DNA from: Zygnema circumcarinatum SAG 698-1b
Lineage: Eukaryota; Plantae; Zygnematophyceae
Length of the DNA: 64,000 nucleotides
Direction of reading: 5' to 3'
Assembly (NCBI GenBank): GCA_037447605.1
Contig: CM074810.1
Coordinates: forward strand, 682,001 to 746,000
Shown piece after piece: positions 63,940 through 64,000 of this stretch. Both the position numbers and the translations under genes were made by a program. Below the pieces are notes generated by a model, which ran no database searches, had not been told where the DNA came from, and saw only the letters and a program-made list of their open reading frames with translations. Each line of letters starts with the position of its first letter. The first letter of the stretch is position 1.

Positions 63940-64000
63940 CTGCAGAGAGTGAGACTCCATTCCATGAACCCAACAACAAGACATCCGAGAAGTCTGCCTG

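Overview
Eukaryotic, intron-rich, gene-dense DNA from a green plant lineage, most likely a streptophyte (charophyte/zygnematophyte-type) alga. This is inferred from land-plant-like orthologues, telo-box/G-box promoters and many GA/CT and G/C-rich intron tracts. Left to right: a BEACH-domain gene (-, 3' end outside the window); a non-autonomous hAT element with an intact 8-bp TSD; a 102-bp Tc1/mariner-type MITE; tRNA-Glu(CTC); HISN3 (-) head-to-head with RDM4/DMS4 (+); a bacterial-looking GNAT (-); a plastid DUF7734-like gene (-) head-to-head with TRM13 (+); a scaffold gap; a 3'-partial OPR/old-yellow-enzyme copy (+); a ~1.6-kb nested inverted duplication; an intronless APH/choline-kinase-like phosphotransferase (+); a full OPR (-); RNASEH2C (+); ALDH3 (-) with a dense GTAC array and a second hAT copy upstream; tRNA-Asn(GTT); ARMC8/GID5 (+); an F-box/kelch gene (-); and the last two exons of an unknown gene at the right edge. 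Best leads: a possible reactive-carbonyl/oxylipin detoxification neighbourhood (OPR x2, kinase, ALDH3, GNAT) with two horizontal-transfer candidates, the inverted duplication between the OPRs, the SBP/CuRE-like GTAC array, and a C-terminal SKL on ARMC8. All gene models were spliced by eye and no database search was run.
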